The position numbers were made by a program, and so were the translations under genes. A stretch of 58,180 nt of DNA from Candidatus Chazhemtobacterium aquaticus (GTDB lineage: Bacteria > Patescibacteriota > Microgenomatia > UBA1400 > Chazhemtobacteraceae), in assembly GCF_009936135.1 (NCBI RefSeq), contig NZ_CP047901.1:1-58180 (forward strand), in the 5' to 3' direction. The notes below the pieces were generated by a model. It saw nothing but the letters and a program-made list of their open reading frames with translations. It did not search any database and had not been told where the DNA came from. Positions 9,801 through 19,272 of the stretch are shown here, one piece after another; within the stretch, counting starts at the first letter, position 1, and every line of letters starts with the position of its first letter.

Positions 9801-12800
9801 TTCAGGTTGCTACCACCACCACCATCAACACTCTAAGCGCCACTATTGCCAACTCCTCCCCTTTCCACATCGGCTCTCGCAATGGCGCCGCCCAGTTCTT
9901 CAACGGCCTCATCGACGAAGTCCGTGTCTTTAACTCCGTCCTTGACTCTGAAACCATCAAAGATCAGTACGTTTTAGGGTCAACCAATCATTTAAGTCTC
10001 CACCCCTCCCTTGACGCCATCTTAAAAAACGAGGGTAACGCCAGCCTAAATCTAACCACCGGCAAACTTAAAGTCGATCACGCCACCGTCGCCTACTATA
10101 CTCTCGACCAAACCGGTGGTTCCGGTGCCTACATCAAAGATCTCTCTTACAACGACAATCACCTTACCCCCACTGGTACGTCTTCCACCGACGGTATCTC
10201 AAATAAAGCCAGAAGCTTCAACGGAACCAGTAGCGATTATCTTTCTATAAACTCAAATTTAGGTTTAGGTACATCCAACATTACGATTGAAGCTTGGGTA
10301 TATATCAACTCCACCTCTCGTAACGGCGCTTTTGTTAAAATTGGCAACACGGGTGGTTACGGCATCGGCATTGGAGCCAGTACCTTTGATACTACTAGTC
10401 AAGGCAATGACCTAATCCTGCTCTACGAGAATGTTCGCTGGATCGATACCAACACAACCTTAGGAACAGGCTGGCATCACGTAGCCATGGTCATAGATGG
10501 TACTGGAGTCCCATCCGCCTACAAAGACGGTGTTCTTGTAGGTACATACGGCGGATCAAATGCTGTCTCACCCTCCAGTAACTCATATATTGGCGGCTAC
10601 ACAACCGGCGGATATGTTCGCTACTACAACGGCATAATAGACGAGGTTCGCATCAGCAATGTTGCTCGCACCGCCACCGAGATCGCCGAGAGCTACCGCC
10701 TTGGACGCAATCACAAGTTTAGTCTCATCAGCACCTCATCCAACAACCTATCAACCACCGACCACCTTCCCGTCTCCATTGCCGCTGACGAACCAGGTAC
10801 ATATCTCCAAACCAGCATCTCTGAAAGCTCATACAAAGACCTGGAACCAGAAAACAACACTGTTGCCCTCTACCACCTAGAAGAAGAAAGCCCGTCCAGC
10901 TCATATCTCGTTCAAGACTCCTCTGTCTACAAAAATCACGGTACCCCCACCTCCATCACACTCAATCAAGGTGTTATAGGCAACAGCGCCAAGTTCAGCG
11001 GTTCCGGCCAAATCAACCTCGGTAACCCATCCTCTCTTCAAATCACCGGTAATCAAACCATTGAGATGTGGATCTATCCCACCAGCTTCTCAGCAAGAAG
11101 AAACCCCTTCGCCAAAGCCTATGGCGGTGAAGGCACAATTACCCAAGAAACCAATGGCACTCTCAACTACTACTACGGTACTGCCGGCGGCAATACCACT
11201 CCCTACCAAGCCTTTAACTCCTCAGCTGCCTTAGAACTCAACAAATGGACCCACATCGCTCTGGTTCGGGACCTCACCAACATGACCCTCACCTGGTATT
11301 TCAATGGCGTCGTCGTCAACACTGCCACTGCTTCCTACGCATCCGCTACCGCCAGCTCACTTAACGCCCTCATCGGTAACGGCTACACCAACTACTTCAT
11401 CGGTTCTCTTGACGAAGTCCGCATTAGCAATGTAGCCAGAAGTGCCGAAAAAATACGCCAATCTTATGAAGCCGGTAAACGTACTCATTCCATTACTATC
11501 GACTTTGGCGCCTCACTTGACAGTGGCAACTTGATCTCCAACTCATCCGACACCTCCTTTACCATTGATGCCACCACCAAAGGTCTCTCTCAAAAAGGTG
11601 CCAATCTCTATACCGGTGACACCATCATCATCAAAGAAAACTACGACGGCACAGAATACATCGCCCAAGGCGAAGTCGCCTCAGTCAATAAAAGTACTGG
11701 CGCCGTCACTGTTTCAAGTTGGCAATCAGGCTCAACCTTCCCCGCCAGTGGTTTTACTATCAATGCCACCGTCTTTAAGTGGCAAACCGAGTACATCAAC
11801 ATTTCCAATATCCCCGATCAAGACCGAGACACTATTTACAACATTGGCCTTAAAATTACCGATGGTAATCAAGGCCGGTCTATCTGGATTGACAACCTAA
11901 GAAAATCCAGCGGCTACTACACCAACAACCTCTCCACCAGCATCGACTCCACTCCCAACCGCTACTTCCAGTACCGCGCCATCTTAACCTCTGCCGATAG
12001 CCAAGTGACTCCCACCTTAAACTCAGTCACTCTCGACTATGTCCAAAACTATACCCCCAACCAACCCTCTCTCGAGGCCGCCTACCTCCACGACAATCTC
12101 TACACCCCAGACTCCACCCCCACTATCCGCTTTTCCGCCACTGACGACGATAATGATGATATAAATTACCAAGTCCAGATCTACACCGATGCTGACTTTA
12201 GCTCCCCCACGAGTTACACAAGCGGCACTGACTCCGGTTTTGCCAACATCACCACCCCCGCCGATACCGCTCCTTTCAATGAAGGCGACACCATTAGCTT
12301 CACCTTCCCCACTCTCACCAGCGGCACCACTTATTTCTACCGTGTTCGCGCCATCGACCCTAGTGGTACCAACAGCTACGGCGACTGGTCTACCACCAAA
12401 TCCTTTACTATCAACACCTCACTTACCAACAACGCCTGGCATCAAACCCACGCTGATCAATTCTCCAGCGATACTGCCTCCCTCTTCATTAACATTAGCG
12501 ATGTCGGCAACTCCGTCACCATCAACAACCCTCTCATCTACCGCACTGTTACTATCAACAACTCAGGATCACAGCAGAGTAACTATGATGCTCTCATCGA
12601 ACTAGACACCGCCTCCCTCATCTCAGCTGGTAAGATGCAATCAGACTGTGATGATATTCGTTTCTGGACCGATGATACTTTAACCACCAATCTAAACTAC
12701 TATCTTGAATCCGGTTGCAACACCAGCACCACCCAAATCTGGGTTCGCATTCCCACCCTAAACTCAGGCGACAACATCATCTACCTCTCCTACAACGATG

Positions 12801-14797
12801 CCTCTGCCACCTCTGGATCACAGACCTGGACAGGAGCCAATGCCATAATACCCAGAACCACTTCATGCCCAGTAGGATCGACTCGCTTTTCTACTCTAGA
12901 TAACTTATACCCAAGAGGCAATAGCACTTATGGAGGAAGTTACGACGGACAACACCGGCACCTGATTAGTGGCACAACTTCAACCCACAACCCAACCGGA
13001 CAAATTCTATCAGGGAGTGACTATTATGTTACCTGGGTTGGATCACATAGTCACACATATAGTTTCGACTCAGGATACAATGCCCCCACCCCAAATTATG
13101 TTGAAACAATATTTTGCAGCTATGACTCACTCCCAAACTTAATTTCCACAGACGACATTGTTATATTTGAAACCTTACCCTTAGGTTGGACTAGAAACAC
13201 AACTTACGACAATCGTTTTATGAAAGGAGCAATATCATATGGTACCACTGGAGGTGGTCCTCACAGCCACACCATGTCTGGTACAACCAGCACCAAAAGC
13301 GCAGATGGAGGTATTGTTGGTATATATCCTTATGCATCATATATCTGGCCAGCTCCTGGCCATTCTCACTCAATAAATGGATCAACTGGATCAAGCGACC
13401 CTCTACCCCCATACAGAACCCAAATATTTGCATCACCCGACACCTCCGTTAGCATCCCCCCAACCTCAATCATTATGACAAATGGAAGTACGTTACCGCC
13501 GTATGGGTGGATCAGATTCACTAGCCTAGATGGATATTTTCCTTATGGCAGTTCTTCATCGGGCACTACTGGAGGTTCCACAACTCACACACATACTTTT
13601 TCTTTCACCACGGGTAGCTCTGGATCACAATCAGGAGTTGGTTCTAGCGGAACGAGTAACCACGCTAGTGCACACACTCACACAGGGAGCGGAACATCTG
13701 GCGCAGGCTCAAATCTTCCACCATATCTCGACATGGTTTTCATTCAAAAAAAATCAGACCCCACAACCAAAACGTTCGGTAACGAAACCACCAATACCCA
13801 AACTCTTATCTCTACTAAAATAACCGGAGCCCAAATCCATGACGCCAATTGGCACCAACTCACCTTCACCGACGACGAAACCAACGGGTCTATCTATTAC
13901 CAAATCCTCTATGACAACTCTGGCACTCCTACTCTCATTCCTGATGGCATCCTCTCAGGTAACTCCACTGGTTTCACCACCTCACCTGTCAACCTCTCTA
14001 GTATCTCCAAAACCACCTACCCCGAACTATATATCAAAGCCAACTTCACCTACTCCGGTGGCGCCCCCATTCTCTACGACTGGACCGTCACCACCAACGA
14101 TCCACCCAACACCCCCACCCTCGACTCACCCGCCAGTGGCAGCAAGCAGGTCACCATTCTCCCCACCTTAAAAACCACTACTACTGATCCGGAAAGCGAC
14201 TATCTCCGCTACAAGATCCAACTCTGTACCAACGAAGCCATGACCGAGAACTGCCAGACCTTTGACCAAACCAGCTCTCAAACCGGCTGGTCAGGCCAAG
14301 ACACTCAAAGCAACACTGCCTATGCCTCCGGCACCCAGGCCTCATACACCCTCCAAACTGCCCTCTCCCATAACCAAACCTATTACTGGCGCTCCTACGC
14401 CATTGACCCTGGTGGCAGTAACACCTGGAGCACCACCCAAACCTACCCCTCCTACTTCACCACCATCCACGTTGTCCCTCCTTCTGAGTGTGTTGCCGAA
14501 GTCGCACCCGACTTTAGCAGTATCATCATCCGTTGGGTCGACAACACCCTTAACGAAGACTCATTTGAATTAGAAAAGAAAATCAATTCTGGCGCTTTCA
14601 CCAACATCCAGACCACTCTGCCTGATATCACCTCATATCAAGACTCAACAGTCTCTGCCACCAATGCCTATCAATATCGAGTCCGTACCATCATCAACTC
14701 TGACCCATCAGTCTGGTGTACCACCGCAGTTCTTGATCTAGGTACCGGTAGCTTCCAGTTTGAAGGGCTTCAACTAGAAGGACTCCAAGTCCACTAG
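6833..14797 (+). CDS. Giant membrane-anchored surface protein: 5x LamG (Laminin_G_3-like), FN3-like, DUF2341-like and three HxH tail-collar-like modules
   Basis: 2,654-aa ORF starting at an ATG 4 nt after the previous stop. N-terminal TM helix (LIATSLLLLFLFGLINSSL). Five LamG-type module ends: DEVRISNTARTPEEI (~8336), DTIRIYSRALTAGEI (~9128), DEVRVFNSVLDSETI (~9914), DEVRISNVARTATEI (~10640), DEVRISNVARSAEKI (~11411). Each is preceded by the W/Y-x-(F/L)-(N/D)E..G..(D/S)SS..N.G entry motif. DUF2341-like block CDDIRFW..QIWVRIPTLNSGDNIIYLSYND at ~12525-12820. FN3-like modules at ~12055-12415 and ~14100-14735. Confidence 0.9.
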   Translation: MALNLKPTILKISSCTKHALLKVPPLIRQVRPTITTHYRRFKRNPRHYLLTHRRQTLIATSLLLLFLFGLINSSLTFLSNLPPQAPPFTTPLVSDYYIHAENQVFSARLGNKDTKSPSVNFRVNNQDITFSLKDANPSKPKKKGQSLIFENVADHLNISYQTLPNGIKEELILTKLPTTNTFHFTLDYSNLNSPKVLNNINAPVFYDQQGNYLFHFEKPFAYDSAGNRSDDASLIIKIDPDTNKYIAQLSVSQTWLSSPDRVYPVYIDPTIVHDNSSEFSGTMNRTHDAGSGSAPIIENYYLENTTDASTVGLWHMNDISGSTITDSSGQNNNGTATGTTITTGLLDNARSFNGSSDYAVVPNNKSLEPPTSITFESWIKIEGDGSHSDGVYILTKGQHSAQPYFSYSLGYYAASDLIGCNIAISGTYRQVTSQSTFTSSSPWTHVACTYDGNEIAIYINGIKENSAAYSGSINYGLNTSNDLRIGDWGYSTYTRRFQGKVDEVRISNTARTPEEIWASAQKKPSSTYTSPVIDLTNATSFNSLSWSGTGIPTGDGETASSSSGLVAQWNFNETSGTTASVATGSCGSTCNGTLTNFSNTSSQDALANSGWTAIHNRWGTGAINLDGTDDYISVTQNASINFNQTSPFTIEAWVKPIGSGYIANKQQNVTNEFVWSLDYNSSTNKFAFSLSKQNVSGLTATSAESFLPGKWYHVVGVSNGTDFYIYVNGRQQASTNISFTGATQSLATLYFGQLYNNTNRLKGTIDTIRIYSRALTAGEILSNYNHTQLQFQTRTSTDSASWEAWKTTSNDTQIYSFDDTTLFNPSQSGLIGYWPFNETSDNSCPGGEDACDATSNSNDGTATGTNIVDGVFGKARRFSSSTINAGNVSPLSFLEYNSNMTFSAWIKTGTDQSGTILSKQESSGNYRGYNLQTGSGGYIYFQLVNIYSTNTLEVRSTNNLNFYDNQWHLVTATYDGSATPAGVKIYFDGIQVATTTTINTLSATIANSSPFHIGSRNGAAQFFNGLIDEVRVFNSVLDSETIKDQYVLGSTNHLSLHPSLDAILKNEGNASLNLTTGKLKVDHATVAYYTLDQTGGSGAYIKDLSYNDNHLTPTGTSSTDGISNKARSFNGTSSDYLSINSNLGLGTSNITIEAWVYINSTSRNGAFVKIGNTGGYGIGIGASTFDTTSQGNDLILLYENVRWIDTNTTLGTGWHHVAMVIDGTGVPSAYKDGVLVGTYGGSNAVSPSSNSYIGGYTTGGYVRYYNGIIDEVRISNVARTATEIAESYRLGRNHKFSLISTSSNNLSTTDHLPVSIAADEPGTYLQTSISESSYKDLEPENNTVALYHLEEESPSSSYLVQDSSVYKNHGTPTSITLNQGVIGNSAKFSGSGQINLGNPSSLQITGNQTIEMWIYPTSFSARRNPFAKAYGGEGTITQETNGTLNYYYGTAGGNTTPYQAFNSSAALELNKWTHIALVRDLTNMTLTWYFNGVVVNTATASYASATASSLNALIGNGYTNYFIGSLDEVRISNVARSAEKIRQSYEAGKRTHSITIDFGASLDSGNLISNSSDTSFTIDATTKGLSQKGANLYTGDTIIIKENYDGTEYIAQGEVASVNKSTGAVTVSSWQSGSTFPASGFTINATVFKWQTEYINISNIPDQDRDTIYNIGLKITDGNQGRSIWIDNLRKSSGYYTNNLSTSIDSTPNRYFQYRAILTSADSQVTPTLNSVTLDYVQNYTPNQPSLEAAYLHDNLYTPDSTPTIRFSATDDDNDDINYQVQIYTDADFSSPTSYTSGTDSGFANITTPADTAPFNEGDTISFTFPTLTSGTTYFYRVRAIDPSGTNSYGDWSTTKSFTINTSLTNNAWHQTHADQFSSDTASLFINISDVGNSVTINNPLIYRTVTINNSGSQQSNYDALIELDTASLISAGKMQSDCDDIRFWTDDTLTTNLNYYLESGCNTSTTQIWVRIPTLNSGDNIIYLSYNDASATSGSQTWTGANAIIPRTTSCPVGSTRFSTLDNLYPRGNSTYGGSYDGQHRHLISGTTSTHNPTGQILSGSDYYVTWVGSHSHTYSFDSGYNAPTPNYVETIFCSYDSLPNLISTDDIVIFETLPLGWTRNTTYDNRFMKGAISYGTTGGGPHSHTMSGTTSTKSADGGIVGIYPYASYIWPAPGHSHSINGSTGSSDPLPPYRTQIFASPDTSVSIPPTSIIMTNGSTLPPYGWIRFTSLDGYFPYGSSSSGTTGGSTTHTHTFSFTTGSSGSQSGVGSSGTSNHASAHTHTGSGTSGAGSNLPPYLDMVFIQKKSDPTTKTFGNETTNTQTLISTKITGAQIHDANWHQLTFTDDETNGSIYYQILYDNSGTPTLIPDGILSGNSTGFTTSPVNLSSISKTTYPELYIKANFTYSGGAPILYDWTVTTNDPPNTPTLDSPASGSKQVTILPTLKTTTTDPESDYLRYKIQLCTNEAMTENCQTFDQTSSQTGWSGQDTQSNTAYASGTQASYTLQTALSHNQTYYWRSYAIDPGGSNTWSTTQTYPSYFTTIHVVPPSECVAEVAPDFSSIIIRWVDNTLNEDSFELEKKINSGAFTNIQTTLPDITSYQDSTVSATNAYQYRVRTIINSDPSVWCTTAVLDLGTGSFQFEGLQLEGLQVH
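12845..13752 (+). repeat. Three tandem ~100-aa in-frame modules, each with two HxH motifs (phage tail-collar/MdpB-like)
   Basis: Module 1 contains PVGSTRFSTLDNLYPRG..GGSYDGQHRHLISGTTS..GSHSHTYSF..PNYVETIFCSY. Module 2 contains PLGWTRNTTYDNRFMKG..TGGGPHSHTMSGTTS..GHSHSINGSTGSSDPLPPYRTQIFAS. Module 3 contains PPYGWIRFTSLDGYFPYG..TGGSTTHTHTFSF..AHTHTGSGTSGAGSNLPPYLDMVFIQKK. The period is ~300 nt. Confidence 0.7.
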
Positions 14798-15557
14798 TAA
14801 TCAACCAAGCTTATCCAACCACACCTACTCCACTAAAAGCACAATCCTCATATATTTTTCCTATAACACTATCAATCTACTATTATCTACCAATCAGCAT
14901 ATCAAAACATAAACTAGGACATCTTTAGACATCAAGCTCCTCTATCCTTTTACGTCAATCATCAATAAACATTCTCCAACCCCTACTTACCAAACACATC
15001 TCTATATACTCAACTCACACTCATCATCCAAAATAAACACTCTCGATACCTCCACCCTCTTTTCTCCAATCATTAGGAAAAACCAACCAAGCTCTTCATC
15101 TTTCCAACAACTCGCCTTCATACATCTTTGCAACACATTTTTAAACATACCTTTTTATAGACACCTCTCCCAAAACGTCTCAAACACCATCTAGAAGCGT
15201 TCCCAGCCTCAAGCAATCTCTCTCATCTAGCCACAAACCCCATTTAACATACCAATATAAAACAATTTTCTCTTCTTCATTAGCAAGTAATCAGTCTTCA
15301 CTCTCACCACACTACTCCACCAACAACAAACACTAACTATCTACTTCTCGCCAATAATATCTCCAACTCCTAATCAAAAAAATTACTCAGTTCATCTAAT
15401 TTTCCGTATGCTCACACGTATGCCAATATCTACTCAATACCTCCCCCCTTAACCACTAAAGTGAACACATTTTGTCTACTCACGCTCTGTATCCCATTTC
15501 CTCCCCCCAATACTCTAAAATGAACTAAGTACCTGGTGGTATCTGTATGTCTTGAAT

Positions 15558-18500
15558 ATGTCTGTTAAAAGAAATCTTGTCTCCCGTCTTACCCGTACCC
15601 GTTTGTTGGTTCCCTTGTTGTTAATTGTCTTACTTCTTCCTGCCGTCTACTTCTATGCTACTAGACCTAAAGAAACTGCTGCTTGGTGGAATGAGAGTTG
15701 GATCTACCGAAAAAGAATTGATATTAGTAATCCAGGTGGTACTGATCTAACCGACTTTCAGATTTCTTTTACTCTAGATACTACTGATACAAGTAAGTTT
15801 CAGAGTAACTGTGAGGATCTACGTATTACTGGTGTAGATGGTAATCTCTTACCCTTCTGGATTGAAGAGAACAATCCAGGTTGTGGAGATGCTAATACTA
15901 AAGTCTGGGTTAAACTTCCTTCTATCCCCTCCTCTGGTACCTACATCTATGCCTACTATGGTAATCCTTCTGCATCCCAATCATCTGAACATGATGGAAA
16001 CAAAGTCTTTGAGTTTTTTGATGATTTTTCCAGTACCTCACTTGATACCAATAAGTGGGAAGATTGGACGACAGACAGCAATACAACTTCATACACCATT
16101 TCTAATGGAGAAATACAACTAACCGGTCAGTGTAATACAGGCATCAAAACAAAAACATATTCGGGCGAAAATTACCGAGTTATAGCCAGAACCAAAGACA
16201 ATACAGATAGCGGGCTAATCCTCAGAGTCACAGATAACGATCATCTCTATCTGATAAGAACGAATGCCAGCGGAAACGCAACAGACTATTACATGCGAAA
16301 TGGCTCATGGACATCGTTAGGAGGAGGCTACGCCAACTTTGGAACCTGGACGGAATGGAGAATTGTTGAATTTTCTGCCAACGGCACCTCACTTTCTTCC
16401 AAGGTCGATGGCACCCAACTAAATACCGTTACCAATGCAACATACTCTTCTGGCAAAATCGGTTTAAGAAGATGTAGCGGCAGTCCATATTTTGACTGGG
16501 TTTTTGTTCAAAAATTTGCATCTACAGACCCCTCCAGCTCCACCCAATCAGAAGAAATCGGCACTAGTCCAATCGGATACTGGAAATTTGATGAAGGTAC
16601 GGGCACCACTGCATACGATTCCTCATCCCATAACAACCACGGTACCATCAATACAGCCACATGGATCAACGAAGGAGAATGTATCTCTGAAAAGTGCCTT
16701 AGCTTCGACGGTAGTTCACGAGTAGACACCACTCTAAACACAAACAACCTCCCTATTCCAGTAACTTTTACCGCCTGGTTCTACCTTACCCAATCAACCA
16801 CCGAACAACCAATCATTTCTGGTTATGTTAGCCACGACAACCGTTGGGATATTATCTACAATCGAGGTGGCAACAACAAAGTCGGCTGGCTATATCACAG
16901 CGGAGGCACAGTATATTCAACCAATACAATATCCCTCAATGAATGGCACCAAATCGTAGTAATTCACACTGGAACTTCAGTTGAACTTTATCTTGACGGC
17001 ATATACCAAAATACACTTTCTACAACCAAGGGTGTAAATACAGGTCAGACGATCAGAATAGGTGCTTGGTACAATAATACTTTAAGCTTTAAAGGTCTTA
17101 TTGACGAAGTCAAAATCTATCCTTACGCCCGCACCAATGATCAAATCGAAAATGAATACAAACTCAACTCTGCTGCTGTTATAGGTTCAGGTACACTAGC
17201 AACTCCCTCGGCCAGACCTGATGACTCCATCATCGCCCATTGGTCCCTTGATGAACAAACTGGTCAAACCGCCTATGACAAAATTAATGACTACTCCCTA
17301 ACCCTGGGAGCAGACACCAACCCCAATACAGACGATCCTACCTGGAAACCTTCTACAGATTGCAAAATCAACGGATGTCTAGAATTTGCGTCTGGAAAGT
17401 ACGCCAGAAGATATCTCGACGTACCTCAAGATCATAGTATCAGCTTTTGGACAAAACCTTCGGTTATTTCTGGAACTCAAAACCTATTTAGTTTTCAAAA
17501 TCTTCACTACGTCGTCCGCCTCCTTAGCACTGGCAAAATAGGATTTCAAACACATGATGGATCTTCGTATCAATACTGCAATGGAAATATACCACCAACT
17601 ACCACCATATTTTAGTCACATACGACAGCACTACAGAAACCAAAAAAATATATATCGATGGAGAACTAGACGTATCTTGCACACAAGGAAACTATGTTGC
17701 TGGCTTAACTAATCGCATTTTTACGATTGGTGGAGTCAACACCGATTTCAACTTCTCAGGTATCATCGACGAATTTAAAATCTACAATTCTGCTCTTACC
17801 TCTGGGCAAATCAAACAAGACATGAATGCTGGTTCCACTCTAGCTGTTGGTACTACCACCAGCGAAGCTGCTGATTTTGATGATGGAGAAGGAAACCCTC
17901 CTATCGCTGAATGGAAATTTGATGAAAAAACAGGCAGTACTGCCAATGATACTAGTGGTAACAACTACACAGCAACTCTCTCCGGAGCAACCTGGGAGTC
18001 TTCTCTCTCATGTAAAGAGGGAGCATGTCTTAAGTTTGAAGGTGGATCAAACAGCTACGCCGACTTAAGCTCAGATAGTATCACCGACACAACATACACA
18101 ATCGAAGCCTGGTACCAACTCCATAACAACACCAGCCGTCAAACTATCTTCTCATTCAACAATGGCTCCGGTAACGGCTATCAATTTCTTAGTGTTGAAC
18201 GCTGGATGGATGGATCAGGCAGCTTCACAATTTTCATCGGTGATGGAACCAGTTACTCCAATTACGGCGTTACTTCCAACCTAACCGAAGCATACAACTC
18301 ATGGTCACACGTAGCCATAACTAGAAACGGAAACGACTTCATTCTTTACGTTAATGGTCAACAAAGAGGAACATTTTCTGATACCAAATCAGCCACCATG
18401 AGCCGAGTCCTCTTTGGTAGTAGGAACGGCAATAGACTTTACGGCATGCTCGACACCATGCGTATCTATGACTACGTCCGCTCTCCTGCTCAAATAGCCT

Positions 18501-19189
18501 ATGACTACAATCGAGGAGAACCAGTCGCTCACTGGAAAATGGATGAATGCCAAGGATCTACTATTCATGACTCATCAGATAATGGTAATCATGGAACCTG
18601 GAATGGCTCTGGAGGTACTCAAACATCAGTTGGTACCTGTACTACATCAGGTACTGCTTGGGGTAATGGTTCTACTGGTAAATTTGGCGCTTCTCTTAAT
18701 TTTGACGGGGAGGATGACTATCTAGTTAAAACAAGCCCGAACAATCTTCCCACAAAATCAGAAGCAACCTGGTCATGGTGGTCAAAAACAAGCAACTCAA
18801 GTTGGCTACAAGCAATAATTGGGGAACATCGCAACCAGTGGTCAATCAGACAGTCAAACAACTCGGTTTTCCTTGGAATAAACGCAGAACAACTAGGACC
18901 ATACTCATTTACTACTGACAACAACTGGAGTCATTACGCCATCACTTTCAAATCCGGTGATACTAAATTCTACAAGAATGGCAACCTCATACAAGAAGCC
19001 AGCACATCAGCAACGTCCACCGTCCCATCGCTAGCCACCCTATACATCGGCAGACGCAGTACTGTACCACCAAACTCATACAACTTCTCTGGCCAACTCG
19101 ACGACGTCCGAATCTACAACTACGCCCTCTCAGCAGCCCAAGTCAAAAAAGTCATGAACGAAGGTAGCGCTCTTAGATTCGGAGACTAA
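15558..19189 (+). pseudogene. DUF2341 + multi-LamG surface protein gene interrupted by a single frameshift (or assembly error) between 17558 and 17615
   Basis: ORF 15552/15558-17615 has an N-terminal TM helix. It also has the DUF2341 signature WNESWIYRKRIDISN..CEDLRITG..KVWVKLPSIPSSGTYIYAYYGNPSA and the LamG end IDEVKIYPYARTNDQI. It stops inside a LamG module. The frame of ORF 17822-19189 is open back to 17558. Upstream of its ATG it encodes the rest of that module: NYHHILVTYDSTTETKKIYIDGELDVSCTQGNYVAGLTNRIFTIGGVNTDFNFSGIIDEFKIYNSALTSGQIKQD. Downstream LamG ends are LDTMRIYDYVRSPAQI and LDDVRIYNYALSAAQV. Confidence 0.7.
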
Positions 19190-19272
19190 TTTATCTTAAG
19201 TCAACATCACAAAACTCCACCAAACAACACCATATTATCTTATGTTACTATCGACATATACTATATAGTTAC

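Noticed and set aside
103-14573. Dozens of 60-150-aa ORFs in alternative frames or antisense within the two giant genes, for example 580-978 (-), 1447-1833 (-), 2223-2678 (+), 4899-5291 (+), 12189-12605 (+) and 13839-14171 (+).
   Set aside because: They are shadow ORFs. The G-poor strand has few TGA/TAG stops, so off-frames stay open. Their products are low-complexity P/S/T/L or V/E/R strings. They lie wholly inside long ORFs that have recognisable domain repeats.
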